A stretch of 63,860 bases of DNA, filler included, from Octopus bimaculoides (Eukaryota): assembly GCF_001194135.2 (NCBI RefSeq). It is 5 parts of 4 records of this genome, joined end to end, with 100 filler letters (N's around TTAATTAATTAA, not from the genome) between each part and the next. Parts side by side here need not be neighbours in the genome. Positions count along the whole stretch, not along the records: positions 61,910 to 63,860 come from NW_026351306.1; 4 more parts are not named here. One strand, written 5' to 3'. Shown one piece after another: positions 63,700-63,860 of the stretch (its first letter is position 1; each line of letters begins with the position of its first letter). The notes under the pieces are model-generated. The model worked only from the letters and a program-made list of their open reading frames with translations. It had not been told where the DNA came from and searched no databases. A program made the position numbers and the translations under genes.

Positions 63700-63860
63700 T
63701 CTTTCTTGCCTTTAACCCTCCAACGTGGAGTATAGGCCACTTATAATTGAATTCCATGTCGCATAATTTCTCTCTTCTCTACTTATACTCTGCCATGAAT
63801 GTCCCCCTTTCTCTAGTACCTTTTGTGTTGATCTACGCCACGAGTTCTTAGGCCTAGCCT
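63700..63860 (-). mobile_element. RTE-clade LINE 3' end
   Basis: ARPKNSWRRSTQKVLEKGGHSWQSISREERNYATWNSIISGLYSTLEG* (GRPKxTWRR motif), followed by an (AAGA)n tail. Confidence 0.75.

Overview
AT-rich, microsatellite-dense, gapped eukaryotic DNA. The SINE/MITE repertoire looks like an octopod cephalopod, probably Octopus bimaculoides (inference from remembered repeat families, not a database hit). No intact protein-coding gene, true tRNA/rRNA gene or CRISPR array can be supported, and nearly all ORF-track entries are microsatellite or N-gap artefacts. The window is mostly transposon debris: three or four tRNA-derived SINE families, mariner/pogo/piggyBac-like elements and MITEs, R4/Dong-like and RTE LINE fragments, a Helitron remnant, and two Penelope-like (RT + GIY-YIG) remnants. 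The most interesting signal is a set of at least seven minimal type-I hammerhead-ribozyme motifs from three structurally distinct Penelope-type families. They include a recurrent CUGUUGA core variant, a tandem pair and a divergent inverted pair. Also notable are a CpG-rich cassette bracketed by 124-bp direct repeats, an in-frame ~155-codon Asn-rich insert in a Penelope polyprotein, several strong hairpins, and speculative widely spaced plus-strand exons including a microexon.
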